Shown here piece after piece: positions 28,028-37,350 of a stretch of 64,000 nt of DNA; within the stretch, counting starts at the first letter, position 1; the number at the start of each line of letters is the position of its first letter. The notes beneath the pieces are model-generated. The model was not told where the DNA came from. It ran no database searches and was given only the letters and a program-made list of their open reading frames with translations. Both the position numbers and the translations under genes were made by a program. The stretch comes from an uncultured Acidobacteriota bacterium (GTDB lineage: Bacteria > Acidobacteriota > UBA6911): positions 502,091 to 566,090 of the forward strand of contig CAWEJX010000001.1 of the NCBI GenBank assembly GCA_963809485.1, written 5' to 3'.

Positions 28028-31003
28028 CTACAAAAGGCGGGCGGAGTCCACGGTCAGGGTAACGGCGCCGAAATCTTCTTCGACCACGCCGCTCAACACA
28101 TAAGGGCGGGAGCGATTCAGCATGTGGCAAAAACGCGCATAGGTCTGCGGGAAAAAGGTCGTTTCATAAAGAGCACTGGTGTCTTCGAAGCTGATGAACT
28201 CCATCGGCTCGTCTTCACGGGTCGTGACAACCTTCCCGGTTACCCACCAGCCCACGGTCGTCACCCGCTTCCCGACATGCCTGGGCAGATCGGCGCCTCG
28301 GACATACTTCATTTTTGAAAGATGTGCAGAATAGAGCGACAACGGATGGCGGCTGATCAGGAAATCCAGGGTCTCCAGTTCATGTTCCAGGACCGTGCGA
28401 GGACTGTACTGCGGCGTCGGCGGAGGGGCGACCGACGGCACATCCTGAAATAGAGAACGCTCCACCGAAGGGCGGGATGCGCGTGTCGCATGCCAAGCCA
28501 GGGCTTGCCAGATCATCTCGGGCCGCGTCGCGCCGCCGGAAATGCTGTCCATGGCTCCGGCCTTGATCAGGATCTTGACATCCGCCGGATCCAGTTCCAC
28601 ACGGCAGAGGAAATCCTCCAGGGACGCAAAGGGCCTTCTCCTGCGTTCTTCCAGAATTGCCTGAAGGGCCGCTTCATGAAGGCCTTTCAGCTGCATCAAC
28701 CCGACCCGGATGGTTTTATCGCAGCCCCAGTACTCCTTGCGGCTCTCGTTGATGTCCGGCAGAAGCACGCGCAGCCCCATCCGGCGGGCCTCCGAAACAT
28801 AGGCGAACGGCGAGTAATAACCGCCCTGGTTGGTAAGCACCGCCGCTATGAATTCCGCCGGGTAATGCGCGCGCAAATAGCAGGACTTGTACGAAACCAG
28901 GGCATAGGAGGCCGAGTGCGGCTTGCAAAACGAGTAGCCCGAAAAACTCAGGATCATCTCCCAGATTTCGTCGATGACGCCGCGCGGCGCACCCCGGGCG
29001 GCAGCGCCGGCATAAAACATCTCCCTGTAGTCCTCGAGCTTTTTGCCTGCGCGTTTTTTCGAAAGGATCTTCCGCAGCAGGTCCGCATCTGAAGCGCCGA
29101 ACCCCGCCATGGCCATGGCAATTCGTGAAACGTCTTCCTGGTACACCATGATCCCGTACGTTTCACTCAGGACTTCGTCCAGAACAGGGTGCAGCGACCG
29201 GTAGGAGCCTCCCTTCAGCCGCCGCACATATTCGCGAATATATTTGTTGGCTGCCGGGCGTATGATCGAGCTGTGGATGACCAGATGGTCGAAATCCCCG
29301 GTCCGGCACTTCTGCTGCAGCTGCCGCATCGACGGGGACTCCACATAGAACACGCCCACCGTGTCGCCTCTGCGAATGAGGTCCTGCGTTTTGCAGTCCG
29401 TGGTGGGATCCCATTGATCGTAATCAATTTCCATGCCGCAATTTTCCCTGACTGCAGCCAGGGCATCCCGTATCACGGCCAGGGACCTGTTTCCCAAAAG
29501 ATCGATTTTTATCAGGCCGGCGTCTTCGGCCTGGTCTTTCTCCCACTGAATGATCGGGACGCCTTTGGGCGAGGGCTCCACCGGCACGTACCGGTCGATC
29601 CTGTCGGGAACAATGACAATCCCGCCGCAGTGCACAGACATGTGGCGGGGATAGCCCTCAAGTTTTGCCGCCAGGCGCACAATCTCGGGCCAGGGTTCCT
29701 TCAGTTCCATATCCTTATAGACGGGATCATGCCGGATGGAATTCTCCAGGTAGTGAATCGACCAGTACACGCCCATACGCTGCGTCACCGCCTTGATCTC
29801 CTGTTCGGGGAGGCCGTACACTTTGGCCACTTCCCTTGTGGCGGCGCGCGTGCGAAATCCCACGTGGTTGGAAATCATGGCGGCCCTGGATGCGCCGTAC
29901 TTGCGGAAAACGTAGTCGAAAACGCCGTCGCGCTCATCCCAGGGGAAATCGATGTCGATATCGGGCGGGTCCACGCGGCCTTCGTTGAGAAAGCGCTCGA
30001 AAAAAAGGTTGTGGGTGATGGGCTCGACATGCGTGATCCCGAGGCAGTACGAAACCAGGCTCGCAGCCGCCGACCCGCGGCCGCAGGTGCGCGCCGATTG
30101 ACGCACAATATCCCGCACAATCAGGAAATAAGGCGCAAAGCCTTTGTCCCGGATGATCTTCAGTTCATGTTCCAGGCGCTTCCGCACGGAGTCCGACAAC
30201 TCGCCATAGCGGCGCTCGGCGCCGCGGTAACATTCTTCTTTCAAGTACTCAAAGGGATCCGATCCGCCGACGTCCGCAGAGGGGAACACGAGCCGGCCGA
30301 TATCCAGATCCGGGGTGCACTGCTCCGCAATGCGCCGCGTGTTTTCCAGGGCTCTTTCGACATGCGGATATCGGCGCGCCATCGCATCCGCGGGTTTCAG
30401 CCAATGATCGTCACTCACCAGTTCCAACGGCGGGATGCGTGACAGACTCGTGTTCAGATCGATCGCGCGCAGCAGGCGGTGCATCGCGTAATCCGATGGA
30501 TCCGCAAAATATACGTCGTTGGTCGCCACCGGCGGAATTCCGCTCGTGCGCGAAAAATCGAGCAGCGGAGGTTCGGCGCCGGGATCGTTCAGTTCCACGT
30601 AAAGGCCTGAAGTTCCGTTCTGCCGGGCAAGAGCTTTCAATAACGGGATCTGATCGCTCAGAACAAACAGGTTGTCGCATCCTTCAATAAGAGCTTTGTT
30701 CAGGCAAAAATCCGGCTCCGTGAGGCGCCGCGATATGATCCGGCAGAGAGTCTCGTATCCTTGCCGGTTGCGCACAAGCAGAGTTGCCCGTTCCGTCTGC
30801 GTCCGCAACTCCGAACCGACGATCGGCCGCAAGCCGCGCTCTGCAGCGTACTGCAGGAACCAGATCAGGCCGTAGACGCCGTTGATATCCGTCAGGGCCA
30901 TCGCGGACATGCCGCGAGCCAGGGCCGCGTCCACCAGATCCTCGATTTTACTGGCGCCACGGCAGAACGAGTAATTCGAATGAACATGCAAATGAATAAA
31001 CAT
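28028..31003 (-). CDS. dnaE2: Error-prone DNA polymerase III alpha subunit (DnaE2/ImuC)
   Basis: HLHVHSNYS PHP domain, GRGSAA, FERFL, PPDIDIDF, KIDLLG, YSFCKPH and C-terminal OB fold; follows an imuB-like gene. Confidence 0.9.
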   Translation of the reverse strand: MFIHLHVHSNYSFCRGASKIEDLVDAALARGMSAMALTDINGVYGLIWFLQYAAERGLRPIVGSELRTQTERATLLVRNRQGYETLCRIISRRLTEPDFCLNKALIEGCDNLFVLSDQIPLLKALARQNGTSGLYVELNDPGAEPPLLDFSRTSGIPPVATNDVYFADPSDYAMHRLLRAIDLNTSLSRIPPLELVSDDHWLKPADAMARRYPHVERALENTRRIAEQCTPDLDIGRLVFPSADVGGSDPFEYLKEECYRGAERRYGELSDSVRKRLEHELKIIRDKGFAPYFLIVRDIVRQSARTCGRGSAAASLVSYCLGITHVEPITHNLFFERFLNEGRVDPPDIDIDFPWDERDGVFDYVFRKYGASRAAMISNHVGFRTRAATREVAKVYGLPEQEIKAVTQRMGVYWSIHYLENSIRHDPVYKDMELKEPWPEIVRLAAKLEGYPRHMSVHCGGIVIVPDRIDRYVPVEPSPKGVPIIQWEKDQAEDAGLIKIDLLGNRSLAVIRDALAAVRENCGMEIDYDQWDPTTDCKTQDLIRRGDTVGVFYVESPSMRQLQQKCRTGDFDHLVIHSSIIRPAANKYIREYVRRLKGGSYRSLHPVLDEVLSETYGIMVYQEDVSRIAMAMAGFGASDADLLRKILSKKRAGKKLEDYREMFYAGAAARGAPRGVIDEIWEMILSFSGYSFCKPHSASYALVSYKSCYLRAHYPAEFIAAVLTNQGGYYSPFAYVSEARRMGLRVLLPDINESRKEYWGCDKTIRVGLMQLKGLHEAALQAILEERRRRPFASLEDFLCRVELDPADVKILIKAGAMDSISGGATRPEMIWQALAWHATRASRPSVERSLFQDVPSVAPPPTPQYSPRTVLEHELETLDFLISRHPLSLYSAHLSKMKYVRGADLPRHVGKRVTTVGWWVTGKVVTTREDEPMEFISFEDTSALYETTFFPQTYARFCHMLNRSRPYVLSGVVEEDFGAVTLTVDSARLL

Positions 31004-31004
31004 A

Positions 31005-31128
31005 TAGGGATTAGGGATTAGGGATTAGAAAATTCATGTTTAAGAAAAGCTCTCTTAAAAAGGTTAACAAGCGAAGTAAATGCGCCATTATGTTCTCCCG
31101 CAACGTCCTAATCACTAACCGCTAACCA
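31005..31128. repeat. Inverted heptamer pair between imuB and dnaE2
   Basis: TAGGGAT x3 plus TAG (31005-31028); CTAATCA CTAACCG CTAACCA (31108-31128); AT-rich spacer of about 80 nt. Confidence 0.88.
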
Positions 31129-32260
31129 CTGCAGAGTCGCCGTAGCGGCGGCGCAGGGCGTCGAGGGCGAACTCCAGTTTCAGGCGGCGTTCAGGCTTGG
31201 GATCCGCGAAAAGTTCCAGTTGAACCGAGCCGGAAGAGAGATCCGTCAGCTCCAGGTGCATGCTGCGCACTCGCGTGCGCCGCTTCAGAATGGAATCCAG
31301 GACCGGCAGGGCGCGCGCATAGAGGATCGCCGACGACTGCAGCGGCGGTGCAACTTTGAGGGTACGGCCGTCCTCCGCGTAATCGGCGTACCGGATGCGC
31401 AACCCTATCCTGCCCGCGCGTTGCTTGGTATCGCGCAATTGCCTGCCTGCGTGTTCGCAAAGATCCGACAGCTCTTTTTTCAGCAATTCATAGTCGTTGC
31501 TGTCTTCGGACAGCACTTTCCCCTTTTCCAGTGCCGGCACGGAGCGCTTCGGATGCACCGGTGTGCTGTCAATTCCGAGGGCATGCTGGTAGAGCATAAA
31601 TCCAAGACGGCCGAACGCCAGGGCCAGGTGCTCCTGCCTCATCGCCGCAATATCACGGATCAGACGAATGTTGAGATCTTCGAGCTGTCCCTCGATTTGA
31701 GGGCCGACGCCGGGCAGCAGACGCACCGGCAGGGGGGACAGGAAAGAAGGCTCGTTCCCACAGGGAACATCCTGCAAACCGGAAGGTTGAGTCACATCCG
31801 AGGCGATCTTGCTCACCATTTTGTTGGAAGCAACCCCGAGCGAAGTGTCCAGATGAAGCTGTTGCCGGATTTCTTTCTGGGCCCTCCATGCGGTATCCCG
31901 CGGCGGGCCGAATAGCCGGCCGGTCCCCGTAATGTCCAGGTATGCATGCCCATAGCCCGAAGGCTCGATGATGGGCGAATAGCTGTCCAGAACCTTGAAA
32001 ATCGCGCGCGAAGCCCGAAGATAAAGCTGCTCGTTCGGCGGCAGCACGGCGATATTCCTGCAATAACGTGTGGCCTTTGAGAGAGCCATTCCCGCACGAA
32101 TGCCCGCACCCCGCGCTTCCGAAGACAACGCTGTCACGATGGAACGGGCCGCGCCAAGCGGGGCCACCACCACCGGCCGGCTACGCAGCTCAGGGTGTAG
32201 GACCCGCTCCACGGCCACAGGAAAGTCCGTAACCGTCACATATATGATCTGCCGTTCCAT
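31115..32260 (-). CDS. imuB: Catalytically inactive Y-family polymerase, ImuB-like
   Basis: DinB-like sequence but TVTDFPVAVE and GYGHAYLD replace DMDAF and SIDEA; clamp motif QLELF; upstream of dnaE2. Confidence 0.8.
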   Translation of the reverse strand: MERQIIYVTVTDFPVAVERVLHPELRSRPVVVAPLGAARSIVTALSSEARGAGIRAGMALSKATRYCRNIAVLPPNEQLYLRASRAIFKVLDSYSPIIEPSGYGHAYLDITGTGRLFGPPRDTAWRAQKEIRQQLHLDTSLGVASNKMVSKIASDVTQPSGLQDVPCGNEPSFLSPLPVRLLPGVGPQIEGQLEDLNIRLIRDIAAMRQEHLALAFGRLGFMLYQHALGIDSTPVHPKRSVPALEKGKVLSEDSNDYELLKKELSDLCEHAGRQLRDTKQRAGRIGLRIRYADYAEDGRTLKVAPPLQSSAILYARALPVLDSILKRRTRVRSMHLELTDLSSGSVQLELFADPKPERRLKLEFALDALRRRYGDSAVVSG

Positions 32261-32268
32261 ATTCCAAT

Positions 32269-32349
32269 TTACGAATGACGAATTACGAATGACGAATTGA
32301 AAAACTGGGCTGAGGTTTCAATTCGTCATTCGTAATTCGTCATTCGTAA
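32269..32349. repeat. Perfect 34-bp inverted repeat built from TTACGAA/TGACGAA heptamers, 13-nt loop
   Basis: 32269-32302 is the exact reverse complement of 32316-32349. Confidence 0.95.
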
Positions 32350-33112
32350 TTCCTTTTAGTAGTTCCAACAACATGCGCGCGTTGACGACGGCCTGGCCCC
32401 GCCAGTGATTGCCCATGAAGATGAGGACTTTTTCGCTCTCCTGTTCCAGCCGGCGAATTTCCGGGACCACTGCCGCAAGCTCAGCCCTGCTGTAAAGGTA
32501 ATCATGTTGGGCAGACCCGTCGCCTTTAACCCACCTGGACCGGTTCCGCCCCTGGAAACGTACGTAGGCCAGACCCGCAGTCGCGCAAAAAAAAGTCCTT
32601 TCTTTCAGGCCCGTTCCGCCATCCACACAGGCAAGCGCGATGCGAGCGGCGTCCAGATGTCTGGCTGCCCTTGGCGAAAGCCAATTCGTGCAGCCGAACT
32701 CCGCAATTAGCGGAATGCCTTCGAGGGAATCCCTCATCAGGCACAATCGTTCGAAGTTGTCGCGCATAAAACCGAATTCGGGAGGAAACTGCGCCAGGAC
32801 CCCGGCCAATTGACCCGAATCCTTCAATGGCCACAGGGCCGCGCAAAACCGCCTGGCCAGCTCAGGGTTATCCGGGTGCTCCTCCGAGAGCCGGTAGGGA
32901 GCACGGAAAATGAACTGAACGCTTTCCCGGGTTTGCTCGATAATCTCTTGAATAGTAATGACTTCCGGAATCCTGTAGTAGGTCAGTCCAAGCTCGCAAC
33001 AGCCGAACTGACGGCCGTAATAGCCCAGCCAGAAAGCCGGATCAAGGCTTCTGGGATAAAACACCGGCGTCCACTCACGGTACTGGAATCCGCTTGTCCC
33101 TACGAGGATCAT
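32318..33112 (-). CDS. DUF72 (YecE-like) domain protein
   Basis: MILVGTSGFQYREW..FYP, LAQFPPEF, YVRFQGRN and DYLYS motifs; start set at 33112. Confidence 0.9.
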   Translation of the reverse strand: MILVGTSGFQYREWTPVFYPRSLDPAFWLGYYGRQFGCCELGLTYYRIPEVITIQEIIEQTRESVQFIFRAPYRLSEEHPDNPELARRFCAALWPLKDSGQLAGVLAQFPPEFGFMRDNFERLCLMRDSLEGIPLIAEFGCTNWLSPRAARHLDAARIALACVDGGTGLKERTFFCATAGLAYVRFQGRNRSRWVKGDGSAQHDYLYSRAELAAVVPEIRRLEQESEKVLIFMGNHWRGQAVVNARMLLELLKGITNDELRMTN

Positions 33113-33118
33113 AAGATA

Positions 33119-33147
33119 AAAATAGGTGAAGATTTGGTGAAAATCAA
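33119..33147 (-). promoter_or_regulatory. Candidate sigma-70 promoter with direct-repeat operator for DUF72-imuB-dnaE2
   Basis: Minus strand reads TTGATT-17 nt-TATTTT-6 nt-ATG; the spacer is TTCACC-N5-TTCACC. Confidence 0.55.
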
Positions 33148-33171
33148 CAAAAAACTGAAGGTCTGAGAGAT

Positions 33172-33195
33172 GGGGGACAGTCACGAATGTCCCCC
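33172..33195. repeat. REP-like palindrome
   Basis: GGGGGACA-GTCACGAA-TGTCCCCC. Confidence 0.55.
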
Positions 33196-33322
33196 CTTAA
33201 ATAAACGCTTGATAAACCGGAATCGCTTTTCTTAAGATGTGCGCGGAACACGACCGTTCCTGCTCAACCTTCAGAGACAACAGGAAACCAGCCGCTTACC
33301 ATAAAGGCAGTACGGACAGCCC

Positions 33323-34357
33323 ATGGAACAGGAATCTCGACAGATCAATTTCGCATTCATCGGATTTGGACACGTCGGACGGGCCTTCGCCAGGCTTTTG
33401 CTCGACCGGCGGAAATGGCTTCTCAGGGAATACGGCATCGAGTGGAAAATCACCGGCATCGCAACCAGGAACCATGGGACCGCCATCGATCACGAGGGCA
33501 TGCCGGTCAAAAAGATTCTCGGCTCCTGGAAACGACACTCGAGTCTGGACCCTTACAACAACGGGCCCGCCTGCGCCTCGCAAACCGATTTCATTCGTCA
33601 GTGCGGTGCCGATGTGCTGTTCGAAATGAGCGTGCTGGACCTCAGCGGGGAGCCTGCGGCAACCTATATCCGGGAAGCGCTCGGCGCAGGCCTTCATGTG
33701 ATCACCACCAACAAAGGACCCGTGGCGACCCAATTCCGTCCTCTCACCCGGCTGGCCCGGCTTCGGGGTGTCCGGTTTCTGTATGAAGGCACGGTAATGG
33801 ACGGCGCTCCGGTATTCAATCTCCTCCGTCAGACGCTTCCGGGGACCCGCATACGGTCCCTGCGCGGCATCATCAACAGCACAACCAACTACATCATCAC
33901 CGCGATGGAGCAAGGGACCTCATTCGAAGCGGCACTCGACTATACGAGGAATCTCGGACTGACCGAGGCAAATTCCAGCCTGGATCTCGACGGCTGGGAT
34001 GCGGCAGCCAAGCTCTCAATCCTGATCCAGGCCATGATGGGCGGCAGCGTTAAACCCAAAGACATCGAGAGGAGCGGCATCTCCGAAGAAACCGGCAGGC
34101 TTGTCCGGGCCGCCGTGCGCCGCGACCGGCGGCTCAGGCTTGTGGCCAGGGCTTACCGGCAGGGGGGAAGAGTCGTCGGGAAAGTCGAGCTGCAGGAACT
34201 CGAAATTTTCGATCCGCTCGCCGCGATACGCGGCCTGGGCAATATCCTGATCCTGAACACCGATACGATGCGTGAACTCGCAATTATCGAAAATAACCCG
34301 TCGGTAGATCAGACCGCCTTCGCCCTCTTCTCCGACCTGATCTCCCTGCTCCAATAA
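33323..34357 (+). CDS. hom: Homoserine dehydrogenase (short form, no ACT domain)
   Basis: GFGHVG, HVITTNKGP, YEGTVMDGAP, GIINSTTNYI and DLDGWDAAAK motifs. Confidence 0.88.
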   Translation: MEQESRQINFAFIGFGHVGRAFARLLLDRRKWLLREYGIEWKITGIATRNHGTAIDHEGMPVKKILGSWKRHSSLDPYNNGPACASQTDFIRQCGADVLFEMSVLDLSGEPAATYIREALGAGLHVITTNKGPVATQFRPLTRLARLRGVRFLYEGTVMDGAPVFNLLRQTLPGTRIRSLRGIINSTTNYIITAMEQGTSFEAALDYTRNLGLTEANSSLDLDGWDAAAKLSILIQAMMGGSVKPKDIERSGISEETGRLVRAAVRRDRRLRLVARAYRQGGRVVGKVELQELEIFDPLAAIRGLGNILILNTDTMRELAIIENNPSVDQTAFALFSDLISLLQ

Positions 34358-34703
34358 TGAGATGTGATCGGAAAAGCGCGCCAGGTCTATTTCTCTTCAG
34401 GCAAGGTTGGCATTCGCTGGAACAGGATCGGTCTGCCCCTCGGCAACAGCGCACACTAGCCTGCTTCTCTTTCTTACAGGATTCCTGTTGCGAATTCCGA
34501 CAGTTCGTGCAAGCCCCATGTCATAAATCGCGGGTCACCGGTCGCCATGTACAACCTGTGGCCTGTGCACTGCGACCTTGAACCCACAACAGCTATGACT
34601 GTCCGCGTCGTATCTCTTCGAAATTTTGTGGTTGTGATAATGAAGGCTGTGAAATGGAAAACACGCGCAACAAAATAGAGAGCCTTCATTCAGCCGCACA
34701 ATG

Positions 34704-34731
34704 CTAACCACTAACTGCTAACCGCTAAACG
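34704..34731. repeat. Solo heptamer arm (CTAACYR)n
   Basis: CTAACCA CTAACTG CTAACCG CTAAACG, just beyond the SDR stop codon. Confidence 0.8.
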
Positions 34732-34736
34732 CTGCT

Positions 34737-35510
34737 TCACACTCCCCACCCGCCGCTGATCTGAATATTGGCCCCGTTGACATAGCGCGCCTGGTCCGAC
34801 AGCAGATAGTTCACCGCCCCGAGAGCATCTTCCGGGCTGCCAACGTAGCCGGCTGGTATGTTTTGAAATGACTGCGCCATCTCCTCTCGAGACACGCTGC
34901 CGGTTTCGAGGAAACCCGGGGAGATCGAATTCACAGTAATGCTATGGGGAGCGAGAACTTTAGCCAGGGAACGTGTCAGCACAAGTACACCGATTTTGGC
35001 GATGTAGTGGGCCGTGATGTAGGGCTGGCCCGCCTGCTGGCCGGCATTGACCATGCTGAAATTGATGATCCGCCCCCATCCCCGCCGGATCATGCCGGGA
35101 GATACGGCCCGGCATAGATAGAAAACAGGGTGAAGATTGTTGTCGAACATGTAATGCCAGCCCTTGACGCTCTCCTCCATCAGCGGGATACGGCGATAAG
35201 CGCCGACACAGTTGATGAGAGCATCGATGCGGCCGTATCGTTCCTCAACCCGGTGAACCAGGCTCTCCGCAAGTCCGTGCTCGGACACGTCCGCTTGCAC
35301 GATCAGCGCCTGGGCGCCCGCCGCGCCCAGCTCCTGCTCGAGGGATTGAGCTTCAGGTGCGCTCTTCCGATAACAGGCTGCGACAAACCATCCCCGGCGC
35401 GCTAGACTTACCGAGATTGCCCTGCCGATGCCCCTCACGCCCCCTGCCACCAGCGCTACGCGGGATCCCGCTCCGGATTCGCCAAGTATGCCGTTGTTTA
35501 TCTCTGCCAC
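34737..35510 (-). CDS. SDR family oxidoreductase (FabG-like)
   Basis: AGGVRGIG, YIAK catalytic motif and VNSISPG. Confidence 0.88.
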   Translation of the reverse strand: MAEINNGILGESGAGSRVALVAGGVRGIGRAISVSLARRGWFVAACYRKSAPEAQSLEQELGAAGAQALIVQADVSEHGLAESLVHRVEERYGRIDALINCVGAYRRIPLMEESVKGWHYMFDNNLHPVFYLCRAVSPGMIRRGWGRIINFSMVNAGQQAGQPYITAHYIAKIGVLVLTRSLAKVLAPHSITVNSISPGFLETGSVSREEMAQSFQNIPAGYVGSPEDALGAVNYLLSDQARYVNGANIQISGGWGV

Positions 35511-35513
35511 GCT

Positions 35514-37271
35514 TCATCTCCGATGCTTGTTCCTATCCAACCCGTTCTGCTTACCGGTGTAGAGATAGCGTTTGACCTTTTTGGTCGTAGTTTTCTCCAG
35601 CTCTTCATGACTCACCATGAGCTTCGTTACCCGCTTGTAGGTTGCCAGATTCTGACACCGCTCCTTCACTTCCTTCCGGATAATGCCCTCGATCCGGCTC
35701 ATCTCTGCCTCTCCTGCCGTTCCCTGCCGCTGTGCGCTGAAGTAATCCATGTTGGGAACTACAATGGCTTCTATGGCAGGATCACGTCCCGGCTCATCCG
35801 TTCCTTCACCCCAAACCAGGCATTCGGAGATGCAGGGAGACTTGAGGATTTCCGCTTCCACCTCCTCCGGGTATATCTTCTTGCCGGCCGGTGTGACAAT
35901 GACGGACTTCTTACGGCCATGAATGTAGAGGAATCCTTCATCGTCCAGATAGCCCAGATCGCCCGTATGGAGCCAGCCGTCCTCCAAAGCTTCCCGCGTT
36001 GCATCGGGATTGTTGTAATAGCCTTTCATGATATTGGGACCGCGCGCCAGAATCTCGCCGTCCTCAGCTATCCTGACCTCGACACTTGGCAGCGGCAGCC
36101 CGGCCGCGTCATCCCTGAAGGCTCCGGTCCTGTTGACGGCAATAATCGGCGCAGATTCCGTCAATCCATATCCCTGAAGGAAAATTATGCCCAACTCCCG
36201 AAAGCCCCTCGCGACCGCGGGATCGATGGCGGCACCCCCGGATATCAAAATGCGTAGGTGGCCGCCCAGCTTCTGGTGCACTTTGGCAAAGACCAACCGG
36301 CGAATATTCAGTCTCAGAGTCTTTTCCAGGAAGGCAGCCGCTGCTTTGGCCGCATTGACCTTCCACAGTCCTTTTTCCGCCATGGCGGATTCGATCTTTT
36401 TGTAAATTGCATGCCAGAGGATCGGCACTCCGAGCACAGCGGTAGAGCGAGTTTCAGCCAGGTTCTCCGCGAACCGGCGGAGGTTTTCGGCATAGGAGGT
36501 TGTCGCGCCCAGATAGATCGCCAGGAGAAATCCGTCGGTGCACTCATAGCTGTGATGGATGGGCAAAACCGATAAAAACCTGTCTTCTGTGCGGAGGTCC
36601 ACCCACCGCACGGCATCCACGAGATTGCAGGCAACGTTTGCATGGGTCAGCAGGACGCCTTTGGAGTTGCCCATCGTCCCTGACGTAAAAAGAATCGAGA
36701 GGAGATGATCCTCGGACACCGTGCGCTCGTTGAAGTCGTTCTTCCCTGAACGGATCCGCTCCTGTCCTAATCGCTTCACTTCGGAAAAGCTGAGGACTCC
36801 TGCCAGGGGGCGGATTTCGTCCATGTTCATAGCATGAGTGAGCCCGGGCAATTTCCCGCGCAAGCCCAGGATCATCTCCATATGCTTATCGTCGCCGATC
36901 AGGGCCTGGGCGCCCGAAAGGACGAGGATGTTATACACCTCGGTTGCTTTCAGGTCCCTGTCAATGGGAACGCAGACTATCCCCGTGCATGCTGCAGCCA
37001 GGTAGGACACTGCCCATTCCGGCCGGTTGTCGCCGACGATTGCCAGTTTGCTCAGGGACGGCTGCAATCCCAGGGCAGCAAATCCGCAGGCCGTGTTCTG
37101 GACTTCATCGTAAAGCTCTCGAAAGGTGATTGACTCCCAGTTCCCGGATTTCTTGTGTTGCAGCGCAATCTTGTCGCCAAATTTACGGGTGCTTTTCAGG
37201 AACATGTCCCGTATGTCGGAAATGGGCTCCGATGGATTGGCCGGATATCTACCTTTCATACCCGCAGACAT
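35514..37271 (-). CDS. Long-chain fatty acid-CoA ligase (AMP-binding)
   Basis: FTSGTMGNSKGV, QGYGLTE, LHTGDLG and GRKK motifs; start uncertain (37259 or 37271). Confidence 0.9.
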   Translation of the reverse strand: MSAGMKGRYPANPSEPISDIRDMFLKSTRKFGDKIALQHKKSGNWESITFRELYDEVQNTACGFAALGLQPSLSKLAIVGDNRPEWAVSYLAAACTGIVCVPIDRDLKATEVYNILVLSGAQALIGDDKHMEMILGLRGKLPGLTHAMNMDEIRPLAGVLSFSEVKRLGQERIRSGKNDFNERTVSEDHLLSILFTSGTMGNSKGVLLTHANVACNLVDAVRWVDLRTEDRFLSVLPIHHSYECTDGFLLAIYLGATTSYAENLRRFAENLAETRSTAVLGVPILWHAIYKKIESAMAEKGLWKVNAAKAAAAFLEKTLRLNIRRLVFAKVHQKLGGHLRILISGGAAIDPAVARGFRELGIIFLQGYGLTESAPIIAVNRTGAFRDDAAGLPLPSVEVRIAEDGEILARGPNIMKGYYNNPDATREALEDGWLHTGDLGYLDDEGFLYIHGRKKSVIVTPAGKKIYPEEVEAEILKSPCISECLVWGEGTDEPGRDPAIEAIVVPNMDYFSAQRQGTAGEAEMSRIEGIIRKEVKERCQNLATYKRVTKLMVSHEELEKTTTKKVKRYLYTGKQNGLDRNKHRR

Positions 37272-37350
37272 GCAGTTTGTTCCTCGGGCTATGTTTTCCG
37301 CCTGCAGTTCAATTCCCACGACGCGGCGGCCGGCCCCCAAGCCCCGGCTG

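Noticed and set aside
33246-33259. GAAC-N6-GTTC as a Gram-positive-type LexA box
   Set aside because: The spacing is N6 rather than N4, and it lies far from the predicted promoter.
34357-34700. Short ORFs of 71-74 aa in the hom-SDR gap
   Set aside because: No RBS or motif support.
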